A DNA stretch of 64,000 bases from an uncultured delta proteobacterium (GTDB taxonomy: Bacteria > Myxococcota_A > Polyangia > Polyangiales > Polyangiaceae). Positions 31,110 to 40,572 of this stretch are shown piece by piece (the stretch's first letter is position 1; every line of letters starts with the position of its first letter). A model generated the notes under the pieces. That model ran no database searches. It saw only the letters and a program-made list of their open reading frames with translations, and had not been told where the DNA came from. The position numbers were made by a program, and so were the translations under genes. The stretch spans positions 352,001 through 416,000 of the forward strand of contig CAWKKR010000004.1 of the NCBI GenBank assembly GCA_963850305.1, read 5' to 3'.

Positions 31110-32547
31110 GTGGCTTCGTTCTTGCGCCTGACGCGACGGATCGGGTGGGCCGCGCCGATGGCGCTCCTGGTGCTGGCGATGACCGGCACTGCGTTCGCAA
31201 ACGGGCGCTATCCGTACTCGCAGCAGGTCCTGGTGGATCCCGCGGACAGCGTCGCGGCTCTGGCTTCGCACCACATACGGTTTGCTCACGTCGCCCGATG
31301 GCGGCACGACCTGGTCGTGGCTCTGCGACGCCGCGGTCGGTTACGGCGCCACCGAGGACCCGATGATGGCGTTCACGACGGGCAGCGTGTTGCTCGCGGG
31401 TGCATCGGAGGGGCTCTTCGTCACCAGCGACCAGGGTTGCACCTGGCCCATGGCAACCCTCACGGGCGAGGTCCGGGATCTCGCAACGGAGAGCGACGTC
31501 TCGCACGTGCTCGCCCTGACCTTCACGGTCCAGCCGGACGGCGCCTACCAGGTCGAGGTATCGCGCTCGACGGATGGCTCCGCAACGTGGGCCACTGTCG
31601 GCCCTCCGCTGTCCGATAGCGTCGTTCCGGAAACCATCGACCCCGCGCCGTCCGATCCGAACCGCATTTACGTGACCGGCGTGGAGTCGCCCGGGTATTC
31701 GGACGCCGGAGCGACGGACGCTTCGGCGCCGAACGGCGTGGGCGTGCTCTTCCGCTCGAACGACGGCGGCAAGAGCTGGGTGCGTCGCTCGATCCCCGGA
31801 GCGGATCTCTTCAATCCACCGTTCATTGCCGCGGTTCATCCAACGAACGAGGGCGTCCTCTACGCGCGCATCCAGGGCAGCTCCAACGGCGTCAGCAACG
31901 TGCAGAGCTCGCTCCTCTATTCGGATGACGCGGGAGACAGCTGGAAGACCGTGCTGGTCGAGCCGGCGGACATCCTCGGGTTCGCGCTCTCTCCGGACGG
32001 CGCCACGGTGCTCGCCGGCTACGGCGATACCCATGACCCCCTGCGTCCGGTCGATACGACCGTGCTCGGTATCTATCGTGCAACCGCCCCGGGACTCGGT
32101 TTCTCTCGCGCTTTTCAGGGACAGGTGGGTTGTCTCGGATTTGCGGACGGCAAACTCTACGTGTGCGGCGGTCACGACAGCGACGGGTTCGAGCTGGGCG
32201 TCTCGACCGACGTCGGAACTACGGTGACGCGCCTCTTCGACTACGGGGACGTTCAAGGCCCGCTCGCGTGCGCTCCTTCGACCAGCCAGGCGCAGCAGTG
32301 CGTCCCGGCCTGGCCTTACACCTGCGGGTCGCTCGCATCCTGTCACGATGGCGACGCGGGCGCGAACTCTGGAGCGACTTCGAGCGGTGGATGCGGCTGC
32401 AACAGTCCAGGAAAGTCGAAAACCGACGCCATCGGAACGACCCGGCTCGAGTTGACGCCGGACGCGACGGATCTCGCCGGCGCGCTCGCGTTCGCGGCCA
32501 TCACCGCCGCACGCCGCCTCTTGAAGAGACGTCGCGGTCGGTCCTGA
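31110..32547 (+). CDS. BNR/Asp-box beta-propeller protein with MYXO-CTERM-like anchor; +1 frameshift near 31248
   Basis: Signal peptide ending AFA-NGRYP; repeated SxDGGxxW boxes; GGCGC...hydrophobic...KRRR tail. Confidence 0.75.
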
Positions 32548-32572
32548 ACGAAGACGTCCGGGCGCGAATTGC

Positions 32573-32599
32573 TGAGCCGTCGAACGGGGGGCTCGCGAC
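32573..32599 (+). promoter_or_regulatory. Putative ECF promoter TGAGCC-N17-CGAC (GH6 gene)
   Basis: Exact motif 11 nt before ATG 32611; recurs before two other locus genes. Confidence 0.75.
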
Positions 32600-32610
32600 T
32601 ATCCGGGCAA

Positions 32611-34206
32611 ATGCCGATCGAATTGATGTTTCCCGTGCGGGTCGCGCGTCAGGTCTTGCTGTTCGTACCGCTGACGGTCGTCGGATGCTCGGGTGGCAGC
32701 GCCGCTTCCCCCGGTCCGACTTCCACTGGCGGAACGGAAACCTACGGTGGAGCCGCCGGCAACGTGTCCAGCGACGAAGCGTCCGGTGGATTCACGACTG
32801 GTGGACCCACGAATGGCTCCGGAGGTGAAGCGCCAGACCAGAACGTCACGGGCTCAGGCGGTGCGAGTGCGGGAGGCACGGCGACGAACACGATGGGTGG
32901 CGCATCGACGATCGGCTCGGGCGGAAGCGGGAGCGCGGTCACCTCGGACGCGGGCAGCGCGACCGGTATCGTGCACGTCGACAATCCGTTCGAGGGCATC
33001 ACGGGTTACGTGAACCCCGAGTGGCAAGCGAAGGCGAACGGGGAACCCGGCGGAAACAGGATCTCGGACACGCCGACGGCGGTCTGGCTCGATCGGATCG
33101 CGAGCATCGCGGGGACGCCGGATAGCGAGTCGAACGGCGCCATGGGGCTGCGAGACCATCTGAACGCGGCGCTGTCCCAGGGCGCCGGATACATCGAGTT
33201 CGTCATTTACGATCTGCCCGGGCGGGATTGCGCGGCGCTGGCGTCGAACGGGGAACTCGGCCCGACCGACCTTCCCACGTACGAGTCCGACTACATCGAC
33301 CCGATCGCGGCCATCATGAGCGACCCGACGTACGCGAGCCTCCGCATCGTGACGGTGATCGAGCCGGATTCCTTGCCGAATCTGGTGACGAACACCGACG
33401 TAGCGGAGTGCGCGACCATGAAGGCCAACGGCAACTACGTGCAGGGCGTCGCTTACGCGCTCGAAAAGCTCGGCGCGATCGCGAACGTGTACAACTATCT
33501 CGACGCGGGGCACCACGGGTGGGTCGGCTGGGATTCGAACTTTGGCCCCACCGCGGACCTCCTGACGCAGACCGCGCGGATCGCCGGCCTCGGGACGGTG
33601 CAGGGGTTCATCACCAACACGGCAAACTACTCGGCGCTCGTGGAGCCGTACTTCACGGCTGCCACCACCGTGAACGGCACGACGGTGAGGCAGTCCACGT
33701 GGGTGGACTGGAACACGTACGTCGACGAGCTCTCGTTCGCTCAGGCGCTCCGGCAGAAGCTCGTCTCGGAGGGGTTCGATTCGAAGATCGGCATGCTCAT
33801 CGACACCTCCCGGAACGGCTGGGGCGGGCCGGATCGCCCGACCGCAGCGAGCACCTCGACCGACGTCGACACGTTCGTGAACGACTCGCGCATCGACCGG
33901 CGGATCCAGGCGGGGAACTGGTGCAATCAGACCGGAGCGGGCATAGGTGAACGGCCGAGAGCGGATCCCGCGGACGGCGTCGACGCGTACGTTTGGATCA
34001 AGCCGCCCGGAGAGTCCGACGGCTCGAGCACGGCGATCGCGAACAGCGATGGCAAGGGCTTCGACCGGATGTGCGATCCCACCTACGACGGCAACGAGCG
34101 GAACGGAAACAACCCGACCGGCGCGCTCGCGAACGCACCGCTCGCCGGAGCCTGGTTCTCCGCCGAGTTCCAGACACTCATGCAGAACGCCTACCCGCCT
34201 CTTTGA
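32611..34206 (+). CDS. GH6 cellobiohydrolase, lipoprotein
   Basis: VVGC lipobox, Gly/Ser/Thr linker, PTAVWLDRI, VIYDLPGRDCAALASNGEL, IEPDSLPN, IDTSRNG, GNWCNQ and WIKPPGESDG. Confidence 0.95.
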   Translation: MPIELMFPVRVARQVLLFVPLTVVGCSGGSAASPGPTSTGGTETYGGAAGNVSSDEASGGFTTGGPTNGSGGEAPDQNVTGSGGASAGGTATNTMGGASTIGSGGSGSAVTSDAGSATGIVHVDNPFEGITGYVNPEWQAKANGEPGGNRISDTPTAVWLDRIASIAGTPDSESNGAMGLRDHLNAALSQGAGYIEFVIYDLPGRDCAALASNGELGPTDLPTYESDYIDPIAAIMSDPTYASLRIVTVIEPDSLPNLVTNTDVAECATMKANGNYVQGVAYALEKLGAIANVYNYLDAGHHGWVGWDSNFGPTADLLTQTARIAGLGTVQGFITNTANYSALVEPYFTAATTVNGTTVRQSTWVDWNTYVDELSFAQALRQKLVSEGFDSKIGMLIDTSRNGWGGPDRPTAASTSTDVDTFVNDSRIDRRIQAGNWCNQTGAGIGERPRADPADGVDAYVWIKPPGESDGSSTAIANSDGKGFDRMCDPTYDGNERNGNNPTGALANAPLAGAWFSAEFQTLMQNAYPPL

Positions 34207-34239
34207 TGCTGGTTGATTGCCGCGGATCCCGTTCTTGCT

Positions 34240-34266
34240 TGAGCCGCGAGCGGGGAGCCCGGCGAC
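34240..34266 (+). promoter_or_regulatory. Putative ECF promoter TGAGCC-N17-CGAC (TolB-like gene)
   Basis: Exact motif 11 nt before ATG 34278. Confidence 0.75.
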
Positions 34267-34277
34267 TACTCGAACAC

Positions 34278-36253
34278 ATGCAGCAGACAGACCCGCGAAC
34301 CCAAGACGCGCTCCGCTCACGCGGCTTGTCTCTGCTCTTCGCAGTATCAATGGCCTGTGCCGTCGCGGCCGCCTGTGCCACGGACGCATCCGGCCCTTCC
34401 CCGGGCTCCGGCGGAGGGAGCTCCCTCTTCAGTGGCGCAGGGGGTGAGTTCGGTTTCGATCCGGTCACGGGGGTCAACTCGACGGACACCGGCGTCGTCG
34501 TGCCGGCGTGCACCAGCGGCTGCACGGACTTGCCGTCGAGTCCGGTGTTCGACATGGCTGGGTCCACGCCGGTGCCGTCGAACGCACCGTCACTGTTCGG
34601 CCCCGCGGGAAACTTCGACGCAACCAGCGGGCCGTGCGTCGTTGAACCTGGGCTGGCGAGCGGCTCGCGTCCGGGCGCGCTCTTTCCGTCCAACTGGCTG
34701 CGGCCGCGGTTCCGCTTCGTTCCCGCGAACGGGGAGAACCTCTTCGAAATCCGCATCAGCGCGCCGGTCGAGAAAGACGCGCTCGTCGCGTACACGACGA
34801 GTACCTCGTGGGCCATCCCGCGAGACATCTGGCAGAAGCTCGCCGCGAACGCGGTCGATCAGCCGATCACCGTCACCATCCGCGCGATCGATGCCAACGC
34901 CCCGGGGCGTCCCTCGGGCACCAGCGGCACGTTCCAGATCGCTCCGGTGCTCGCCGGCGGCGCGATGATCTACTGGGCGGCGACGTCCTCCGACGTGAAC
35001 GCGACCACGAGCAAGCTCGTCGGCTTTCGCGTGGGCGACGAGAGCGTCGTGGACGCGCTCACGATTCCGCAGGTGCAGCAGTCAGGGCTTATCGCGGAGA
35101 GCGGCCAGACCCTTCGCGGTCAATACGGGGACGGCACCGGGATCCCCCGGGACAGGTGGAGTGTATCGGCTGCCACGCCACGACACCGGACGGCAACGCG
35201 GTCGGCTTCACCGATCACTGGCCATGGAACGTGGTCGTCTCGTCGGTGGAGGCCACGTCGGTCGGAGCCGTGCCGGGTTATCTCACCGCGGGCGCAGAGC
35301 TGCTGCTCGATCAACCATGGCTCGGCATGGTCACCTTCTCCGGGGCTCACTTCAGCGTAGGCGATCGCATCCTCGTGACGTCGTACTCACATCGTCAGGT
35401 GAACGACGCGGACAGCGTGGGATTCGCCGGCAGCGACCAGCAGGACGGTGACAGGCTCGCCTGGTTCGACCTCGAGACGACCGCGACCATCTCCTGGCAG
35501 AGCGGGCAGCCGGACTCGACGAACGCGGCGATCCAGAGCGCCTATGGAACGTCGTGGGGACTCCTTTCGCTCGACGGCGAGACACGGACCGCGCTCACGC
35601 CGAACTTCAGCCACGACGGGACGCGGATCGCGTACACGTCGGCCACCTCGTCGCAGGACGGTCGGATCGGGGACAACTCCGAGACGGACGTACACATCGT
35701 CCCGTACGGCGACCGCCAGGGCGGCACCGTGACGCCGCTCGCCGGCGCGTCCTCGCCGGGCATCTCCGAATATTACCCGGCGTTCTCCGCCGATGACGCG
35801 CTCGTCGCGTTCAATCGCGCGGATTCGACGAGCGGGAAAATATACTACAGACCGGACGCGGAGATCTTCGTCGTGCCGGCCACGGGCGGTACGCCGACGC
35901 GCCTCGCCGCCAACGATCCTCCCGCGTGCGGCGGAGAGGTGAGCCCGGGCGTGATCAACAGCTGGGCCAAGTGGTCGCCGTCGGTCGTCGGCACTGCCGG
36001 CAAGCACTATTACTTCCTGATCTTCTCGTCGGCGCGCGACTACCCGGGCACCTTCCGGATACCGGCGGATCAGTACAGTCCGAGCGACACGCGGGCGTCG
36101 CAGCTCTACATGGCCGCCATCGTCCGGGACGACGCGACCGGCGCGCTCACGACCTACGACGCTGTCTATCTGTGGAATCAGGAGCCTTCCACCACGAACC
36201 TCACCCCAGCGTGGGACGAGGCGAACATCCCGCAGGTCCCTCTGATCCATTGA
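34278..36253 (+). CDS. TolB/WD40-like beta-propeller lipoprotein; frameshift in C-run 35144-35148
   Basis: AAAC lipobox; PNFSHDGTRIAY, YPAFSADD and WAKWSP repeats; two ORFs join by adding one C. Confidence 0.75.
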
Positions 36254-36314
36254 CCGCGGCACTTTTCCCCGGGCGACCCCTCAAACTTGAGCCGCCGGCA
36301 GCCCGTAACGCTAC
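36251..36314 (+). promoter_or_regulatory. Variant ECF promoter motifs upstream of the sigma gene
   Basis: TGACCG-N17-CGAC at 36251-36277 and TGAGCC-N17-CTAC at 36288-36314. Confidence 0.5.
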
Positions 36315-36328
36315 GACCGTTTGCGGAA

Positions 36329-36976
36329 ATGCGTCAGCCGTCCGAGCCGAAGCTCTACGTCGTGCGGGACACGACCCCTGCTGCGGCACGCGAGGCGGAC
36401 GACGCCACGATCGCGGTCGCCGCGGCGCGCGGGGAGACATGGGCCGCCGGCGCGGCCTGGGAACGCTACGCCGGTCTCGTCCGAGGAACGCTGCGGCGCT
36501 CGCTCGGCGCACAGGACGTGGACGACCACGTCCAGGAGGTCTTCTTGCGCTTCTTCCGTCACGCGAAGGAGCTCCGAGACCCCTCGGCCCTGCGCGCGTT
36601 TCTCATCGGCATCGCGTACCGGGTCGCGGGGACGGAGCTCCGGCGGCGCCGTGTGCGGCGCATCCTCGGCCTCACGGCGTCGGGTGAGGTGCCCTCCGCC
36701 ATTTCCCCACCTCCGGACGCGGTCGCCCGCGAGGGAGTCGTCCGGCTCTACGCAATCCTGGACCGTATCGAGCCCGACTCGCGACTGCTCTTCACGATGC
36801 GGTACGTCGAGGGCAGAGAGCTCACGGAGATCGCCGAAGCCCTGGGCGTGTCGCTCGCGACGATCAAGCGCCGCATCGCCAAGGCCGGCGAGCTCGTGTT
36901 CCGGATGGCCCGCCGCGATGAGGTGTTGATGGGTTATCTGTCCCGCGGGCTCCACGTGCCCGGAGAGACGTCATGA
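36329..36976 (+). CDS. ECF RNA polymerase sigma factor
   Basis: Region 2 (DVDDHVQEVFL, LRAFLIGIA) and region 4 (YVEGRELTEIAEALGVSLATIKRRI). Confidence 0.92.
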   Translation: MRQPSEPKLYVVRDTTPAAAREADDATIAVAAARGETWAAGAAWERYAGLVRGTLRRSLGAQDVDDHVQEVFLRFFRHAKELRDPSALRAFLIGIAYRVAGTELRRRRVRRILGLTASGEVPSAISPPPDAVAREGVVRLYAILDRIEPDSRLLFTMRYVEGRELTEIAEALGVSLATIKRRIAKAGELVFRMARRDEVLMGYLSRGLHVPGETS

Positions 36977-38328
36977 ATCGACGAACGCCCGAACCGGATC
37001 GCGAGGCACTGCTGCAGCGCGTCGGCGCGATAGCTAGGGAGACGTGGTCCGACGACGTCTCCCCCGCGGCCGACGCGACCGGGCGTGCACGGCTCGAGGC
37101 CGCCCTCGTCTTCGGCAAAACGCGGCGCTCCGGCTTAGCCAGGCTCGCTCTCGCGGCGGTCGTCGCGGGCGCCGTCGCGCTCGCCCTCGCGTTCTTCTGG
37201 TCGCCCCCGCTCGGGTACGTGGTCGCGGGCTCGTCGTCGAGCGTGGGTGGCTACTTGCAGCCGGGGGACGCCGCGCCGGCGACGGCGAGGTTCACCGACG
37301 GCACGCTCGTGCGCGTCGCGCCGGGCGGCCGCGCGCGAGTCGTGGAGACGGATCGGCACGGCGCACGCGTCGCGCTCGAGCAGGGCCGCGCCATGCTCGA
37401 CGTCGTGCACCGCCCGGGCGCGCACTGGTCCGTCGAGGCGGGCCCCTACACGATCGCCGTGACCGGCACCGAGTTCGATGCGGAGTGGTCGGGCCCGGAC
37501 GAGCGGCTCGTCGTGGAGCTTCGAAGAGGCGCCGTCGTCGTGAGCGGCCCGATGGCGGTGAGCGGCATCGGTCTCGCCGCCGGGCAGCGCCTCGTCGCGA
37601 GCGTCCGCGACGGCCAGCTCCACATCGAGCCGCTCACCCGCAAGGAATCGACCAGCGGTGTTGCCGCACGCGTCGGAGCCCGGGCAGGGCTCGCCGCCGG
37701 GGCCTCTCCCGACGTGGCAGAAGCGACCACGCCGGAGGCCACGCCGACCACGCCGGAGCCCTCCGCGCCGGGAACCGCGCCGGACGAGCCGACCCGCGTG
37801 CCCCAAGAAAACCCGCTCCCCCCGCCGTCGAGCGCGCCCTCCTCCGCGCCCGGTCCGGCGCCCGAGATGAGCTGGGAAAAACGAGTACGTGAGGGCGACT
37901 TCACCGGCGTCGTGCACGACGCGGAGGCGCTCGGTCTCGACGCGACCCTGACGACGGGTTCGCGCGGTGATCTCACGGCGCTCGCCGACGCCGCTCGCTA
38001 CACCGGCAACACGACCGTCGCCGATCGTGCGCTCGTCGCCGTCATGCGGCGATTCCCCGGGTCGCCCGACGCAAGAGCCGCCCCATTTCTCCGCGGCCGA
38101 ATCGCAGAGAAACGCGGCGCCGGCTCCGAAGCCATTGCCCTCTACGATCGCTACCTCTCCGAATCACCGCGCGGTCCGTTCGTCGCGGAGGCACTCGGGC
38201 GAAAGATGCTAGCAGTGGAGGCGCGCGACGGAGCGGGCGCGGCGCGCACGATCGCACGCGACTACCTGGTACGCTTCCCGAGAGGCCCCTATGCGGATCC
38301 CGCCAGAAGGCTCGTGGATTCCGAGTAG
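36973..38328 (+). CDS. FecR-domain anti-sigma factor with Pro linker and C-terminal TPR
   Basis: Short N-terminus, one TM, FTDGTLV...LEQGRA...VTGTEF...RRGAVVV FecR motifs; YLSESPRGPF and YLVRFPRGPY TPR; ATGA overlap with sigma gene. Confidence 0.85.
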   Translation: MNRRTPEPDREALLQRVGAIARETWSDDVSPAADATGRARLEAALVFGKTRRSGLARLALAAVVAGAVALALAFFWSPPLGYVVAGSSSSVGGYLQPGDAAPATARFTDGTLVRVAPGGRARVVETDRHGARVALEQGRAMLDVVHRPGAHWSVEAGPYTIAVTGTEFDAEWSGPDERLVVELRRGAVVVSGPMAVSGIGLAAGQRLVASVRDGQLHIEPLTRKESTSGVAARVGARAGLAAGASPDVAEATTPEATPTTPEPSAPGTAPDEPTRVPQENPLPPPSSAPSSAPGPAPEMSWEKRVREGDFTGVVHDAEALGLDATLTTGSRGDLTALADAARYTGNTTVADRALVAVMRRFPGSPDARAAPFLRGRIAEKRGAGSEAIALYDRYLSESPRGPFVAEALGRKMLAVEARDGAGAARTIARDYLVRFPRGPYADPARRLVDSE

Positions 38329-39373
38329 CCGCCCCGGAACGTCGTGGGTGATCCTCGCGCTGATCCTGCTCTCGGGGGCGGCGCTCGGCGCGGAACCGCA
38401 GCCATCACGCGTTGCTCTGGTGGAAAGCCGGTCGCCGGACGCCCTGCTAGCAGAGGCCACGATGCGCGTCCGCGCGGAGCTCGCGGCAGCCGGCTTCGAC
38501 GTGGAGCTGCTCGAGGCTTCGCCCGGCGCGGATCCGCGAGCCGAGGTCGAATCCGCCGGTCTCGACCCGCCCCCCGTCGCGACCCTCGCGATCCTCCGCA
38601 CCAGCAGCGCGGCCGCAGTCGACATCTGGGTCGCGGATCGACTGACCGGAAAGACCCTGGTGCGCCGCATCGACGTGAACGACGTGAGCCGGGAGCGCGC
38701 CCCGACGGTCCTCGCCGTCCGCACGGTCGAGCTCCTGCGCGCGAGCTTGCTCGAGGCCACGACGGCCGGCGAACCGGAGACGCCGGAGAAGGCGCCAACG
38801 CCGCGGCCAGTGCCGACTGACGTCGCGCGCTGGATGACACCGCCCTCGATGCCGCCGAAAGATCGCGCCGTCGTCCGTGCCGAGATCGGCGCGGGCTTGC
38901 TCATCGGGTTCTCGGGTTCTCCTCCGGCGTTCGCGCCGGTCCTGCGCGTGGGTTACGGATCCGAGAGTTTGTCGGTGCGGATTTCCATCGTCGCTCCCGC
39001 CGTCGGCGCCGAGGTCGCGGCCCCGGACGGCTCCGCGACGCTGCGCCAGGCCCTCGGCCTCGTCGAGATCACCACCGCCTGGCCGAGGCGCGGCCCCGGG
39101 GCGATCCGCGGCTCGCTGGGCGCCGGCGCCGCCGAGACGCACGTGGTGGGCTCCGCGGAGGCGCCGTACGTCGCGCACCACGGCGACGACTGGAGCTTCG
39201 CGGGGGACGCGGGCCTCGGCGGCATGCTGCGCTTCGGACCGTCGGTGGCTCTCGTCGCCGACATGCACGCCGTGGTCCTCGCGAAGTCACTCGACGTCGA
39301 GCTCGGCGACGCCGCCGAACATGCTCGTCGCCCCATGGAGCTCGCGACACTCGGCCTCCGGGGGTCGTTTTGA
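38291..39373 (+). CDS. Hypothetical envelope protein with probable C-terminal outer-membrane beta-barrel
   Basis: Signal-like hydrophobic segment, alpha/beta N-domain, Pro linker, amphipathic strands ending LGLRGSF (terminal Phe). Confidence 0.6.
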   Translation: MRIPPEGSWIPSSRPGTSWVILALILLSGAALGAEPQPSRVALVESRSPDALLAEATMRVRAELAAAGFDVELLEASPGADPRAEVESAGLDPPPVATLAILRTSSAAAVDIWVADRLTGKTLVRRIDVNDVSRERAPTVLAVRTVELLRASLLEATTAGEPETPEKAPTPRPVPTDVARWMTPPSMPPKDRAVVRAEIGAGLLIGFSGSPPAFAPVLRVGYGSESLSVRISIVAPAVGAEVAAPDGSATLRQALGLVEITTAWPRRGPGAIRGSLGAGAAETHVVGSAEAPYVAHHGDDWSFAGDAGLGGMLRFGPSVALVADMHAVVLAKSLDVELGDAAEHARRPMELATLGLRGSF

Positions 39374-40521
39374 CGGCAGGGCGCGCGCTCGCCGGATTCG
39401 CCGCGGTGCTCGCCGTCGCGTGCGGGACCGACACGCTCGTCGCCGTCTCCAAGCCCGGTCAGGGACTCACGGACGGAGGCGGACCCACGGCGCCCCTCCA
39501 CACCGATGGCAGCCGCATCGTGGATGGTTCGGGCAACACGGTGCGGCTGACGGGAGTCAGCTGGTTCGGGCTCGAGACGCCGAGCTACGCGCCCGGTGGC
39601 CTCGGGACGCGCTCCATGACGTCCCTGCTCGATCAGATCCGGGCGCTCGGGTTCAACTCCCTCCGCATCCCATTCAGCACCGAGCTCCTCGACCCCACGA
39701 GCCAGCCGCAGGGCATCGATTACACGAAGAACCCAGACCTCACAGGCCTGGACGGAGTCGGCGTGTTCGACGCGCTCGTCCGCGCTGCCACTGCCCGCGG
39801 CCTCGCGGTGATCCTCGATCGCCACGACATCGAGGCCGGGGCCCAGTCCGCGCTCTGGTATGACGGGCAGTATGACGAGGCGCGCTTCATTGCCGACTGG
39901 AAGATGCTCGCGTCGAAGTACCTCGACGAACCCCACGTCGTCGCGTTCGACCTCCACAACGACCCGCATGATCCGGCGACCTGGGGTGACGGGAGTCCGA
40001 CGACCGATTTCGCCGCCATGGCGGTCCGCGTGGGAAACGTCATTCTGGACGCCAATCCGAACCTCCTCGTCATGGTGGAAGGCATCCAGACCGTGGATGG
40101 CAATTCTTACTGGTGGGGCGGCAACCTCCGCGCCGCGGGCCGGAGCCCCGTCACGCTCGAGATCCCCGATCACGTGGTGTACGCGACGACGGACTATCCC
40201 GCGAGCGTCTCCGACCAGCCGTGGTTCCACGATGCCTCGTATCCCGCGAATCTGCCAGCGCTGTGGGACGCGACCTGGGGGTACCTCGTCACGACCGACA
40301 CGACCCCCGTCTATCTCGCCGAGTTCGGCTCCCTGCTGCAGACGGAGTCCGACGACGAATGGTTCTCGTCGATCACGAGTTACGTCGCAGCGCACGAGCT
40401 CAGTTACGGGTACTGGAGTCTCAACCCGGACTCGAGCGGCACCGGAGGCATCCTCGAGAGCGATTGGACGACGGTGAGAGAGCCGGTGATCGAGGGACTG
40501 GCGCCGACGCTCGCGAAATAA
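39370..40521 (+). CDS. GH5 (endoglucanase E1-like) lipoprotein with degenerate active site
   Basis: LAVAC lipobox; WFGLET, ILDRH, QSALWY, WWGGNL, AEFG and WSLNPDS; NEP is NDP and HxY is TDY. Confidence 0.88.
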   Translation: MTAGRALAGFAAVLAVACGTDTLVAVSKPGQGLTDGGGPTAPLHTDGSRIVDGSGNTVRLTGVSWFGLETPSYAPGGLGTRSMTSLLDQIRALGFNSLRIPFSTELLDPTSQPQGIDYTKNPDLTGLDGVGVFDALVRAATARGLAVILDRHDIEAGAQSALWYDGQYDEARFIADWKMLASKYLDEPHVVAFDLHNDPHDPATWGDGSPTTDFAAMAVRVGNVILDANPNLLVMVEGIQTVDGNSYWWGGNLRAAGRSPVTLEIPDHVVYATTDYPASVSDQPWFHDASYPANLPALWDATWGYLVTTDTTPVYLAEFGSLLQTESDDEWFSSITSYVAAHELSYGYWSLNPDSSGTGGILESDWTTVREPVIEGLAPTLAK

Positions 40522-40537
40522 CTGCCAGGTCGATTGC

Positions 40538-40564
40538 TGAGCCTCGGCGGCAGACCCGGGCGAC
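40538..40564 (+). promoter_or_regulatory. Putative ECF promoter TGAGCC-N17-CGAC (second GH5 gene)
   Basis: Exact motif 8 nt before ATG 40573. Confidence 0.75.
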
Positions 40565-40572
40565 CAGCAGGC

